This document shows, in pieces, positions 21,737 through 33,509 of a DNA stretch of 64,000 nt. Each line of letters starts with the position of its first letter. Positions within the stretch are counted from its first letter, which is position 1. The stretch lies in NCBI GenBank assembly GCA_963779615.1, contig CAVZZA010000005.1:160001-224000 (forward strand), written 5' to 3'. The notes under the pieces are model-generated. The model saw nothing but the letters and a program-made list of their open reading frames with translations. It did not search any database and was not told where the DNA came from. Both the position numbers and the translations under genes were made by a program. Origin of the DNA: an uncultured Nitrososphaeraceae archaeon (GTDB lineage: Archaea; Thermoproteota; Nitrososphaeria; Nitrososphaerales; Nitrososphaeraceae).

Positions 21737-23825
21737 ATGAGTAGAACAGATTTAGCATCTGATATCATGCGTGCAGCAAATATCATGAGATCTGATGATG
21801 GAACAACTGGAATTTACGAATATATCGAGCAGATCTCGTGGATGTCTTTTTTTAAGGTATATGAGGATCTAGAAGAGAGATTTGAATCGGAACATCAACT
21901 AGATGGAAAACAGTATGAACGAGTAATACCAAAGGAATTCAGTTGGTCAGAATGGACTAGGACAAATTGGAAAAAACAAAAGAGCTTTTAGAATTTATAG
22001 ACAATAGGTTATTTCCATTTTTAGGCTCCCTAAAAGGAACACCTGAACGCAATACAATTGGATCAATTTTTTCAGAAGTTAAACGGAACAAAATGAAATC
22101 CCCATATAATTTAAAAGACGTTGTAGACATAATCAATAAAATTGATTTTAATAATATTGAAGATACTCATATTTTATCCAGATTTTATGAGGATTTACGA
22201 GCGAAATTAGGAAGAGAAAGTGGCATTGCTGGAGAAATTTATACCCCACGACCGATTGTCAGATTGATGGCTAAAGTGGTTTATCTGAACAAAATCTAGC
22301 CAATGGAAAATATGTAGAATGTTCATCCCTTCCGAGGAATCGTGTGGTTTTTGATAGAGTCATATAATCATATTCTTAAAAAAGGTAAAGTTTCTGCAAA
22401 GAATTATAGAGATTTGCAGAGTGGAGTTTTCTATGGGTCGAGAAAAAAAATCCTTACCTTACCTACTTGGAATGATGAATTGTATATTACATGGATTATT
22501 GACTCCCAACATTGTAAGAAAGAATGCGTTAAATGAAAATATACTTAATTATGGACCTAAAGATAAATTCACACATGTCTTCACAAATCCACCTTTTGGG
22601 CAAAAGAGGGAAAAAATATTCAAGAGAACTTTCCTGTGAAAATTCAGAGAACGGAGATTCTTGCTTTACAATCTATCATGCGCAGGCTTATTGAAGGAGG
22701 TAAATGTGCAATTGTTGTGCCAGAACCTATTCTATGGAGACTGAAAAATATCTCAAAGTAAGAAAAGAGTTATTAAATAATTTTAATATACATACAATAA
22801 TTAGTCTCCCAGCTGGGGTTTTTGCCAATGTTACCTCATCGGGTTTAGGGCCAAAAACTAATTTAGTATTTTTTGACAAGAATGGTATTACAAAAGGATA
22901 TGGTATTATGAATTGACCCATCCAGATAATAAGATTTATTCTAGAGTTAATCCTATTAAAGATGAGGATTTGATTGATTGTTTTACCAAGTGGAAGAAAA
23001 AAGAAGAATCATCAAATTCCTGGATAATTAAAAGAGAAGAAATCAACGAAGAATGTGATTTGGCCGCAAACAACCCAAGCGTTATTTTAGGGTTTATAAC
23101 ACAGGATCCAAAAAAACTAGTAAGTCAGATAATAGAAAAGGAGAGAAGAATTCCATCTTACCTTGAAGAAATTGATAGAATTCTTTATGATACAGATAAG
23201 GATGATAAAATCTTTGAAAATTGGCCATATGAACCTATTAGCGAATCTCTAGAGTGTGATGGTATACAATCGGGATTTGCTTGTTCTAGAAAAAATTTAA
23301 TTAAAGTGGGTATACCACATCTGCGGCCTTACAATGTAGGAACTGATGGAAAATAGGATTTTTCAGAAATTGCATATCTGCCTGAAAAATTGGTTGATAT
23401 AGAGACATACCGTTTAAAAAAGGGAGACATTATCTTCAATAATACAAATAGCAAAGACTTGTTGGAAAATCTGCAATAGTAGAACACGACCTTGAATGTG
23501 GTTTTAGCAACCACCTGACTAGATTGCGAGTTAAAGCCACAAAAATTAGACCTGAATGGCTTCTCCTAACACTGAGATTAAATTGGTTGTCGGGATATTT
23601 CCTCAAGAAAAGTCGAAAGTGGAAAGGTCAAGTTGGTTTTTATCTTTCCTCCATTGGTTAAGAATAAGTATCCCAATCCCCCCACTTAATATCCAAGAGA
23701 AGATAATTGATGACATCCACAAGTCCACTAAATATTTAGAAAACGTGTATAATCTCAGGAAAGAAATAGAAAGCGAATATGAAGGTTCTAAGACCTTCTA
23801 TATTCAAATATTTTATATTAAATAA
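21737..23825 (+). pseudogene. hsdM: Type I-like R-M N6-adenine methyltransferase (HsdM) with appended HsdS-like specificity region, multiply frameshifted
   Basis: Fragments give YIEQISWMSFFK, GEIYTPRPIVRLM, a SAM-binding …GSCGFL, TNPPFG, HTIISLPAGVF and KTNLVFFDK. They continue with S-like LKKGDIIFNNTNS and IPIPPLNIQEKI. Confidence 0.85.
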
Positions 23826-23961
23826 GTCTTGCGTACCCTTTAACAATTTTTAATATCTTAATTTACACTGAATCCACAAAACTCAGCAAATCTGTTTTTT
23901 GATTAATTTTGGTATAAAAATCAAAAACTCTTAATTAGAGATAACCTTAATGAATTAAATA

Positions 23962-24490
23962 ATGAATAAAACATGGTATGTTGCATCTGTGGCTGTTTTT
24001 GCAATTTTCGGGATTTCTGTGACATATAGCATTTATGGCCAAACAACTACAAAATATATTGCAATTTTGAATGGAGATAATGTTTTACCACCAGTTAAAA
24101 CAAATGGCTTTGGGATTGCAGAAATAGTATTTAATAACACAGGCCCCATGAGATTCAATCATGAAGCATATTATAACACTACATTTTACAACTTATCGCC
24201 TATTAAAACCATTGAATTGAAGAATGAAGCAGAAGGTTTTACTGGAACTCCGGTTTTTAAAGATTTTGCCATTCCAAAGCATGACGATAAGCAAAATACG
24301 CTATCAATAAATGGAACTTTTGATGACAATACAAAATTTTTGACTTCATTAAGCTAGAAAAGGGGAGTCTACACTTGGGGCACTTGAAAGAGAAATGGGA
24401 GACAATCAGATATATGTCCAAGTTTATACTGAAGATCATCCTCAGGGAGAACTACGCGGACAATTTTATGGGGGATATACAAATAAGTAG
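23962..24490 (+). pseudogene. CHRD-domain secreted protein, frameshifted near 24345
   Basis: AILNGDNVLPPVKTNGFGIA in the ORF. The CHRD C-terminal motif IYVQVYTEDHPQGELRGQ lies in another frame at about 24410-24465. Confidence 0.8.
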
Positions 24491-24539
24491 ATCGTAATTA
24501 ATTAAGTGGTCTTGATCGAAAATAATTGATCAATGTTTT

Positions 24540-26130
24540 TTAATATGGATATTTTTTGTAATATAATAACCGCACAATTATTGTATAATACCCGTATGAA
24601 AAACAAAATATACTTATGATATAAGATAACATGTACAATATTTGATTGTTTATGTTGTTTCCAATAAAAACTCCAGAAAATTCATCCTTCTCATTTAATT
24701 CAAATGAGTGATTTGTCAAAAAATTTATAGAAATAAGAAAGATGACAAACGGAATTAACAAAGGCAAGAATTTCAATAACTTATTTCTAAATAATGAATG
24801 GGGTTCGACCCACAACGGAGCGAGAATGGATATTTTTTTTTCATCTGAAGACTCAAGACTAGAATCCTTAGTTACATGTTTTTCCAATCCCTTTCTTAAC
24901 AAAATTGCGTCCCCCAGCAAAGAGGCGGTTACGAAAAACCCTATCGCTATCCCTATAAGAAAGAATGAAATAGCATCATTAATAGTGAATGGTATCTTGC
25001 CAAATGGAAATTCAACCTCTTTAAGTCTGTCTATGGTTTCATTCTTTTTTAACTCTAAAATGGCAATCTTATCATTTAATAACCCCATGCTTTTATTAAA
25101 GGAATCTGATTGTATTTTGATAATATTCGTGATTTCATTAAAAGTTGGATTAACTTTTTTTAATTCTTTAGTAACATTTGTTAAAATATTGCTGAAATTT
25201 CTTTCAGTAAGAATTTTTTCTTTATTTATAAGGCTAAACCCACTAATCGTTGAACGCTGTGTTAAATTTTTCAAAATAATAATTTTTTAGGATAGGAAGA
25301 CTATTATTCAATTTATTCAGATTTTGGTTTATTTTTAATATTCTTACAAAAGAAGAGTTATCTAATGGCTGAGAGGTTAACTGCATTTGTTTACTAAAAT
25401 TATCAATATTTTTTTGTAAAACATTAATTTGTTCAGTGTGATTGTCAAATAAAACATTAATTTTATTTTTTAAATTACCATTTAACCAAAATGGGCTTCC
25501 GACATAGTATGATGATCCATAAAACTCTAATGACGATATTCCATTTTTATCCAAAACAGGAGAAACATAATTCTCTTTGTATGATTTGGGAACAAAATCT
25601 GCATAGGCGTTATGCTGTCCGGTTTGAATACTATTATTATAAAAAGATAAAATTGTAGAATTGTTTTTCACAAATTTTGTATTGGTATCCTTGGCCTTAG
25701 CAATAATATAACATATATCCCACTTCCCAACTGCACTGTCCTTAATGTATTGTTTAACATCGGCTGATTTAGCAGTTGTAGTTTGGATTAAGCGTTGTGC
25801 ATATTTATGATCATCACATTTTCTCACATTGTCAACCACTGAATCAGTTATACCTTTATAATAATTTACAATTGTTTTATTGTCATTGTATATGGTGTCA
25901 TTAAGATGAAGTATATTATTTTTAAAAATCAATAAGTTATTTTCTAAATTTCTTGTTGAAATAATTTGATTTATTAATTCATGTGTTTTATCCAATATAG
26001 AAAAATAAGGCAAAAATATAAAAAAAAAGAAAAAAATGGTTACACCCAACAGTATGGCAAAAGAGCGATTAAAGTTTTTTGTCTTTTCCTGAAACAAACT
26101 AAATCTTGTATCAAAGTCATCAAATGCCAC
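24540..26130 (-). pseudogene. Membrane protein with large coiled/extracellular region, split by a frameshift near 25280
   Basis: Overlapping ORFs 25243..26130 (N-terminal TM) and 24540..25274 (C-terminal TMs, PFGKIPFTIND…LAPLWVEP). Confidence 0.6.
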
Positions 26131-26897
26131 AATTTTCGTATAGGGAGTAATTACTTAAGTTTATTGTTTGATTTTGGATATTAAATGCATAGCACATAAG
26201 CAAAATTTATCTATAAATACTTCATGCCATTAGATAATCGGTTTACATTTTTAGGACCTACTGAAACAGCATTTCAAATACATGGCACTCATAAAGATAG
26301 ATACATAGATAACAGGTATCGATATATTAATCAGAGGCAAATATAAGCCAGGAATTACAGTTTGAGGTATATAGAAGATAGGGTACAAAATAACGAAAAT
26401 AGAGAATACCAATCTAAAATATAATCAATATATGAAACTACAAGTAGCGGTATAGAGTTCAAGTTCTACCCCCGACCACAAACAGGAAATTATAATCCAA
26501 ACTCATTTGTTAATAATCCATATATTCAACAATCCCCAAGCATACCTGATGGATTCAAATCCCATACTTCGCCTTTTTGGCATTTAAAATAGGTGATTTG
26601 GTGAGTGGATTGCTGACCAGTCATAATTTGGTATTTTTCCATGTTGCTTTTGATTAGAATCAATATGGTTTTGAAAAACCATGATTCAGACAAGTTCCTC
26701 AATGTTTCCCTAACTTGCCCTAAAAAATCCAACTCAATAGCTTGACTAAAAAATTATGGGAAATTCTATTAAATAATCATCTCAACTTATTTCATAATGA
26801 AATTTTGTTAATCTTTATAGGCTAACAATTTCAGTGGGAACTTTACATATAAAGTGACTGATTCCATTTATACCAATAAAAGTATGTCATCTCATCA

Positions 26898-27493
26898 ATG
26901 AAAAATACAAATAAATTGGTGATGATGGCAACAATTACGGTATTACTAATTATGGGAACAAGCATAATTCCGATGCAATCGTATGCAGAAAGTGGCAGTA
27001 ATGACGAACATAAAAAAAATGACGACAATAAATCAAAGACAAGTGCAAGCTCTCAAACAGACAAAAAAAGAGTAAGCCAGCACCTGGACCAAGACAATGT
27101 GTGTTATAGGGGAAATGAAAGCTGCACACAAGCCAATGGAGGCCAACAGATAATAGGCAAAGACAATGACGCAGTTGGATTCAATGACCAAAGTAATAAT
27201 GCTCCACAATCCACACCATCCACTGCAACACCAACACCATCCACTGCAACACCAACAACCTGTATAGAATGTTTTAGGACTATTTTTACACCAACGCAGA
27301 TAGGTGATATTGAAACTAGTCAAGAAGATATTATAGTTACAATTAGAGAAATTTGTGAAGCAATTGGATACAGGAGAAGTATTCCAGGACAATCTTGTAT
27401 AGCGCTTTCTAAGACATTGCAGGGATGGAAGATGCACAAATTAATGAATTGATAGACTGTTTAATAAAAGTAGGAGTTGTATTTAGAACATAG
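26898..27493 (+). pseudogene. Secreted Cys-containing protein (paralog of 42928..43528), frameshifted near the 3' end
   Basis: Signal peptide …MGTSIIPMQSYA and SQHLDQDNVCYRGNESCTQANGGQQIIGKDNDAVGFNDQS. The likely true C-terminus INELIDCLIKVGVVFRT* is in another frame. Confidence 0.65.
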
Positions 27494-27886
27494 TTTGGGT
27501 ATTGTCGAAAAGAAATTCCAAATAGTGAATAGGATAACACCTAACCACATATACCTGAATCTTTCAATAGGATTGGCAGAAAATCCTTCTTTTTTTGACA
27601 TACTTAAACAGTGACAAAATTGCCATTGCTGATTGAACATCTGTAGATTATGCAAATTTAAAAAACGAGATATTATTATCAATTGGAGAGTTAATAAGAA
27701 GCCCCCCTTAATCAATAAACCCGATATATAGACATTCAACTTAGTAAACAGTAAAGCCAAGACATACTCTAAAGGAAAAATAAATTATTGCATTATAATT
27801 TATCAGATACAAAAATTATAGGCATAACAAAATAACAAAGCATGATTAAGTTTAAACAATTAATTCAATTTTCCAATCATCATATT

Positions 27887-27941
27887 AATATATTGCAAAA
27901 CATTAAAAAATTGTTATTTTTTTAATGTTTTGCAATATATT
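27887..27941. repeat. Perfect 24-bp inverted repeat with 7-bp spacer
   Basis: AATATATTGCAAAACATTAAAAAA-ttgttat-TTTTTTAATGTTTTGCAATATATT. Confidence 0.9.
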
Positions 27942-28018
27942 TAAATTTATTACATAGCAATATTCTAATAGTTTCCACTATAAATGCCAGAGTCGCAGCC
28001 CATCGGGCCTGTTGCAAT

Positions 28019-28793
28019 CTACCATGTTATTGCATAATTGTTTTGGTTGGTGTGGGCTAACTTTTTTTTGCCAATTATCTCAAGCAACAATTTGGATAAT
28101 TCATTTGGAGCCGTAATCATTGCATCATGGCCTCTCCTAAGCTCAAGATAATTCCATGCATCGGCTTCTCCTGATACTACGCTCTTAAACATAGAGTCGC
28201 CAAAATCTGTGAATGTAATGTAGGTTTTGGATAAATCCCAGGATTTGGTATTTTGGATTGTCAAAGGTTCGTCGTGAGTATGAAACGGCATAGGACACAG
28301 GCGACTTGCCATCAAGGAGACATCATCGGGAAAAGTAACCCCAAATTCCTCAGGTGTGTAAGAGAGCACAAGCCATTCCCTACCTTTATCCTTTAATGAC
28401 CTTTGCTCATAGACATCCCTTAACCCAGGTAAGAGATCAAAGGCGCTTTTGCCATCTTGCTGGATATATGCATCAAGGAAGACCATGGACTTAATTCTAT
28501 CAGGCATTCTCTCCGCCACCCACCTATGACCTTACCCCATAGCTATGACCTATTAGGGTAACCTCATGGAGATTTTGGTATTCAAATGCCTGAACGACAT
28601 CTTTGACATGTGTGGACAAGTCAATTTTCTCATACAACAGATGACTTCTTTCTCCCAAACCCGCAAGTGTAGGTGTGTGTATTTCGAAAACACACCCTTT
28701 TAGGAAAGGAATCAGTTTATTCCAGCATCACCCTCCATGACATGACCCATGGACCAAGACAATCGTTTCAGCAGCAGAAACTGTCATCATCAT
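28019..28793 (-). pseudogene. Alpha/beta hydrolase (methylesterase-like) pseudogene
   Basis: IVLVHGSCHGG*CW (internal TGA), TPTLAGLGERSHL, nucleophile motif GHSYGG, a frameshift near 28520, then VFLDA…GHDAMITAP. Confidence 0.85.
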
Positions 28794-29082
28794 CCCCATT
28801 AATCGCCTAAAGGAATATTTAAGAAATGTGAAGTAGCCTTAGGGCAGAACCCAACAACACATATGTAAAAAACATAAAAAATCAATACAAACATCAGGCG
28901 GCCACGACTCTATTAACAAATATTTAAATAAAATATTAGGTTTATTGGATCAGAATCCACCCCAGAGGACAGATATAGACTTAAGCCCTCCGGGCCTGAT
29001 ACAATAATGAATTATTTAATTTTATCAAGGTATGAGTGCAATTTTCAGTTGCAGTAGAGGCTAAAGAAACCCGTCTTTGTTT

Positions 29083-29283
29083 TTACCATTGGTTTTTGGG
29101 TTTACAATCTTGATCTATTAACTCATAAATTCTTTCTTGTACAACATCATCAATGTGGTTATCCTTTATGTGCCAAAACATTCGAACTGCCCCACAACAC
29201 TCTTCACTGCAATAAGGGCATTTTCTAACTTGGACCAATCTCGTTTTGTTATACTTGTTATCCGCACTGATCAACAATTCCAT
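29083..29283 (-). CDS. Small C2H2 zinc-finger protein
   Basis: CPYC…HIKDNH in a 66-aa ATG ORF with a TATA-like element upstream. Confidence 0.6.
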   Translation of the reverse strand: MELLISADNKYNKTRLVQVRKCPYCSEECCGAVRMFWHIKDNHIDDVVQERIYELIDQDCKPKNQW

Positions 29284-29519
29284 AGGTTAATCTATTCAGT
29301 GATATATTTAAGCCTTGGGAATATATTGAAATATCTCCAATATTTTGTTTTTTGAATAAGGGCGTTCTTTCAGATTATCTCATTGCTCCAACAATTATTT
29401 TATGAGGTCTTTAAATTCAATCAGATTGGTGAAAATAACGCATACGAATACCTTTTTCTAGAATGATGTTTTTCAGCGTTCTAAGATTGAGGTTAGAGTC
29501 CCTCTGCTTGACGGTTAAA

Positions 29520-29540
29520 TTCGAATCCCTCCGCCGGCGC
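29520..29540 (+). other. tRNA 3'-end fragment (T-loop to discriminator, Ser-like); possible att site
   Basis: TTCGAATCCCTCCGCCGGCGC, a GC-rich stretch in AT-rich DNA with no 5' half. Confidence 0.5.
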
Positions 29541-29863
29541 TTCAATAGTTGTATTGCAAAAACATCAAAAACATTTTTTTAATTGTCAAATACAACTTCA
29601 ACAGATAAAGAAGTCAAAGTTATACTATAGATGCCAGTATAAAAAAGAAGGCCTAGTGATGAACGTCTATGAGGGATCTAATTTTTAGCAAGATGCTATC
29701 CAAATGCCTTTGGAAATAAGGAATCATGCAACAAAGCAGTGTGAAAAGGAAACCTTTGTCGCTCCATCATTCAGCATCTTTTGGATTCTGTAGTAGATTC
29801 ATCAGAATCTCTGATTGCGATATCATTATAATTCTTATATATTATGTTACGATTTCTTGTGAA

Positions 29864-30946
29864 ATGGGTGAACAAGTAAAACAAGGTGTTGATCAAAACA
29901 AAATCCAAGAATTTATGAATAGAGCAATAGGGGACATAGCAAGCAGCTCTAGCACTATGCTTACAATTCTCGGTGAAAGACTTGGCTTGTATAAATCAAT
30001 GGCCCAGGCAAACGGACTAATTTCATCTGAAGAACTAGCAAATAAAACTGGAACGGTGGAAAGGCTGGTGAGGGAATGGTTAGCAAATCAGGCAGCAGGC
30101 GGATACATAGAGTATGATCCTAGCAGCAAAAAATATAGATTGCCCCCAGAACATGCTTTAGCATTAGCTGATGAGAATAGCCCCGTATACATACAAGGCA
30201 TTTTTAAGGCCATAAAATCGTATTTTAAGGATGAGGAGGAGTTCTTGAAAATGTTTAGAGGCGAACGAACTTTTTCATGGAAGGATCATAATCCCTTTAT
30301 GGCAGAGGGATTTGCTGAATTCTTCAAAGCTGGTTATGTTGGCAACTTGGTTAATTCATGGATTCCAGCAGTAGATAACGGAAAAATTCTTGAAAAATTG
30401 CAAAAAGGCGCCAAGGTGGCCGACATCGGTTGTGGCTTTGGCATCACTACCCTGATGATGGCAAAATCATATGCAAATTCCATATTTTACGGGTTTGATT
30501 ATCACAAAGAATCAATTCAAAGGGCAAACGAGCTTGCAAAAAGAGAGGGCCTAAATAATGTAAAATTTGAGGTAGCATCAGCGTCAGAATTTCCCGGCAA
30601 TGATTATGATTTTGTAACATTTTTTGACTGTCTGCATGATATGGGCGACCCCCAGGGAGCATTAAGTCACACAAAAAATGCCATCAAGAAAGATGATGGT
30701 ACTTGTATGATTGTAGAGCCTTTCGCACAAAATGAATTAGAAAATAACTTAAATCCAGTAGGTAGAACGTTTTATGCTGCCTCAACACTAATATGCGTTC
30801 CAAACTCCCTAGCTTTTAACGGACCTGCACTAGGAGCACAAGCGGGAGGAGAAAGAATAAAAGATCTGGTGAATAAAGCCGATTTTTCACACTTCAGAAA
30901 AATCCTGGAGACACCAATAAATATAATCTATGAGGCCAAACCATGA
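29864..30946 (+). CDS. Class I SAM-dependent methyltransferase with N-terminal wHTH (Rv2258c-like)
   Basis: LGERLGLYK…VREWLANQAAGGY, VADIGCGFG and FFDCLHDMGDP. ATG at 29864 follows a TATA-like element. Confidence 0.92.
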   Translation: MGEQVKQGVDQNKIQEFMNRAIGDIASSSSTMLTILGERLGLYKSMAQANGLISSEELANKTGTVERLVREWLANQAAGGYIEYDPSSKKYRLPPEHALALADENSPVYIQGIFKAIKSYFKDEEEFLKMFRGERTFSWKDHNPFMAEGFAEFFKAGYVGNLVNSWIPAVDNGKILEKLQKGAKVADIGCGFGITTLMMAKSYANSIFYGFDYHKESIQRANELAKREGLNNVKFEVASASEFPGNDYDFVTFFDCLHDMGDPQGALSHTKNAIKKDDGTCMIVEPFAQNELENNLNPVGRTFYAASTLICVPNSLAFNGPALGAQAGGERIKDLVNKADFSHFRKILETPINIIYEAKP

Positions 30947-31323
30947 CTAGAAAATAGAAAGAGAGCATGGACAATAGAAGAGTAATAAACGTAAAAACAG
31001 AATGGTAAATAATTCATATGCTTTTAATCTTTCTTTGTGATTTTTTTTCCGTTTTATTTAGGTGGAATATAATTTATTGAAACTTGAAACCTCCAAATGT
31101 GATGGGCTGCAGCTTTTTTATGTCTTTCAAATTTCATGTTTGTTCTCATAACCGTGTATTCAAGGTTAAATTCAAATTCGATCGCTCGCAACGGTAATAA
31201 CATTTGCACCCCAAGCATCTTCTGTGGTAATTCGTTGTTGTGATCGGTAAAAACTAGAATTTCTCTATGTTAGTAAATGCTTGCCAATGTTGTTTCATAG
31301 TTGTTATGTCAAACACCAAAAAA

Positions 31324-31656
31324 TCACTCTATGGTAATCACAATATCCTCACTATTTGCCATTGCCATCTTTTTCTCTTTATCAATCACATACAACAGGT
31401 CAAGTCCTCCGTCTTCTGTTATGTATAATTGTCTTTGTCCATCATATGACACAAGTTCATAGTTAATCAGGTAAAACAAATACCTTTTGAGGTACCTATT
31501 TGGCAAAGGCAATATTATTTGTATTTTCATGGAAAGTTCGCAAATGGAAATCCCTTCAATACAAGATATCAAAACATGCTCTACAATCATCGCCTTCAAT
31601 CTTGGTGATTTTATGTTATCATATCTTGTAAAACTCAATTTTCCTATTCCAATCAA
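31324..31656 (-). CDS. Small putative winged-helix protein
   Basis: LKRYLFYLINYELVSY…YITEDGGLDLL resembles a wHTH wing. Overlaps the upstream gene by 4 bp. Confidence 0.5.
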   Translation of the reverse strand: MIGIGKLSFTRYDNIKSPRLKAMIVEHVLISCIEGISICELSMKIQIILPLPNRYLKRYLFYLINYELVSYDGQRQLYITEDGGLDLLYVIDKEKKMAMANSEDIVITIE

Positions 31657-31889
31657 ACTGCATCATCACAAATCAGAAATCTGTACACTCTATCTACACA
31701 AATGGGGCATTTTTTGTGGCGAATTAAGCAAAGGTCTGATAAAGCGGGTATTGTTGATGCCATCCACAGACAATTTCCGCACAACAAAAAGTACTTTGCT
31801 TGCCTTAAATTAACTAGGTAGCTAACTACATTATTTTTGGGTTTATGATAGTGTTGTTCCACATAACTTTCATAGTTAAAAGAAGGCAA
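31653..31889 (-). CDS. Small zinc-ribbon protein
   Basis: YFLLCGNCLWMAS…CPIC. Confidence 0.55.
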   Translation of the reverse strand: MPSFNYESYVEQHYHKPKNNVVSYLVNLRQAKYFLLCGNCLWMASTIPALSDLCLIRHKKCPICVDRVYRFLICDDAV

Positions 31890-31976
31890 TGTTTCTTATA
31901 TTGACTAAATGTATTTATTAATGGTGAATTTTTTGCAATGAAAAATGTAAAATTATTGAAAAGCATGTTATGCAAT

Positions 31977-32012
31977 TATTTAAGTGCAAGATTATATTTA
32001 AGTGCAAGATTA
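31977..32012 (+). promoter_or_regulatory. Tandemly duplicated 18-bp TATA-containing unit
   Basis: TATTTAAGTGCAAGATTA twice, ending 22 bp upstream of the ATG at 32035. Confidence 0.65.
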
Positions 32013-32034
32013 CATCATTATGGGGTAAAAAGCA

Positions 32035-32586
32035 ATGCCTAAACTTCAAAACGACACAAAAAAGAAAATTGAGAGTGAAAGCATAACGTTTAGAATTGAA
32101 AAGCCAATATTGGATGAACTACGGCAGGAAGCAGGGCAAAAAATGGAAAGCGTCAATACGCTGGTAAACCAAATAATAAATTCATATGTGCATTGGCATA
32201 AACCTGCGAGAAACGCTGGACTGGGATATTTTCCCAAAGTGCTGGTGGCTAGTTCAATTAACTACCTGGATGATGAACAAGTAATTCAGGTGACAGAAGA
32301 ATACTGTGACCATCACCTAAAGGATATAATCCATATGCTAATATCTGAAAGCACTTTTTCATCCTTTATGGATGTGCTTTGCTCTTGGCTGGAGTTGTCG
32401 GGATACCCATATAGGTTCGATAGCATTAACGGTGCTGATACATATGTAATACAATTTGGTATGGGAAGAAAATGGTCCCTTTATTTTAGAACACAAATGA
32501 AATTAGTCTTTGAGCAATATCACATAAAAAACGCAGAAGCGGAAATGACAGATAACACGGTAATAATCCGCATCAAAAGAGAATAA
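32035..32586 (+). CDS. Ribbon-helix-helix regulator with C-terminal V4R-like domain (Nitrososphaera-type)
   Basis: SITFRIEKPILDELRQEA…SVNTLVNQII (RHH) and YVIQFGMGRKWSLY. Confidence 0.75.
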   Translation: MPKLQNDTKKKIESESITFRIEKPILDELRQEAGQKMESVNTLVNQIINSYVHWHKPARNAGLGYFPKVLVASSINYLDDEQVIQVTEEYCDHHLKDIIHMLISESTFSSFMDVLCSWLELSGYPYRFDSINGADTYVIQFGMGRKWSLYFRTQMKLVFEQYHIKNAEAEMTDNTVIIRIKRE

Positions 32587-32619
32587 ACCGGCAATCAGAT
32601 TTAGTTTGGTTCCCAATCT

Positions 32620-33000
32620 ACCCATTAGTTTTGGGGCTCCATACCTCATTATCATGATAAGAAGGGTCATGGGCAGTAGTGCCAGTCCGCTTTTAAGTGG
32701 CCGGTAGTTCAGTATTTGTTGAGGTAAAGATTGAGGAAAAACACCTAGATGCCCATGCTGCCCCTAGCAAGGCCATGACAATTTTGCCGAAATGGGGTTT
32801 GTGGAGGCCTTGAGGATGCGAATAGGCACAGGCGGCTTCTACTTCGCTTCTCCGTTGCGATAAGGGCAGCGAATGATATGGCGCATGCAGACAACAGGGC
32901 AACAGTTTGCGCAGATGGCCATCCATTATCGTTTGAAGGAACAGCCGAATGGACCAAAAAAGCCAGTGAAATGGATATGGGCAAAGCTCCAGGATGACTG
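32620..33000 (-). pseudogene. Internal fragment of an MFS (DHA2-like) transporter
   Basis: PGALPISISLAFLV…NGWPSAQTVALLSACAISFAALIATEKR resembles the central TM pair ending in the xEKR motif. Confidence 0.5.
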
Positions 33001-33509
33001 AATTTTCCTTCTTTCTTTGCTGATCCTGGAGGAATCAGTTTGGGTGACAAATCTAACACTATTATCACTATAGGAACGTTTCAGGAAAACCCATGGCCTG
33101 ATTGGCCATGCTAATGGATCTGTTCTAAAAGCGGATTTGATTAAGCATAGGTGTAAAGTTCCTCTGAGTCTACTTTTTTGGACTGCATCCATTTCAGTCC
33201 ACCATCAAATAAAGTGAGCGGGGTAACAAACAATCCCATATCCCTTACCACTGTTATGCCGTGTTCTTTCAAATTTTTATGCAACAGTCAGAGTCATGGG
33301 ATTTTGACGCATCGGACAAGTTCGGTGCAAAAGGTAATTGCAGGTTGCATATTAAAGGCTTTGTTATGAATTATGACCGAGGCTCATTTAATCATTGCTC
33401 CCTAAAATAATATAATCTATTTTAAGGAACGATATAGCAATTAGCCTGCTGGGCCCATTATGATAATAGATTTTTGATGGGCAATTATAAAAAAAATAAT
33501 GTTTCTTGC

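Noticed and set aside
29726-29863. 46-codon N-terminal extension of the methyltransferase ORF
   Set aside because: It is not protein-like, and a TATA-like element sits just before the ATG at 29864.
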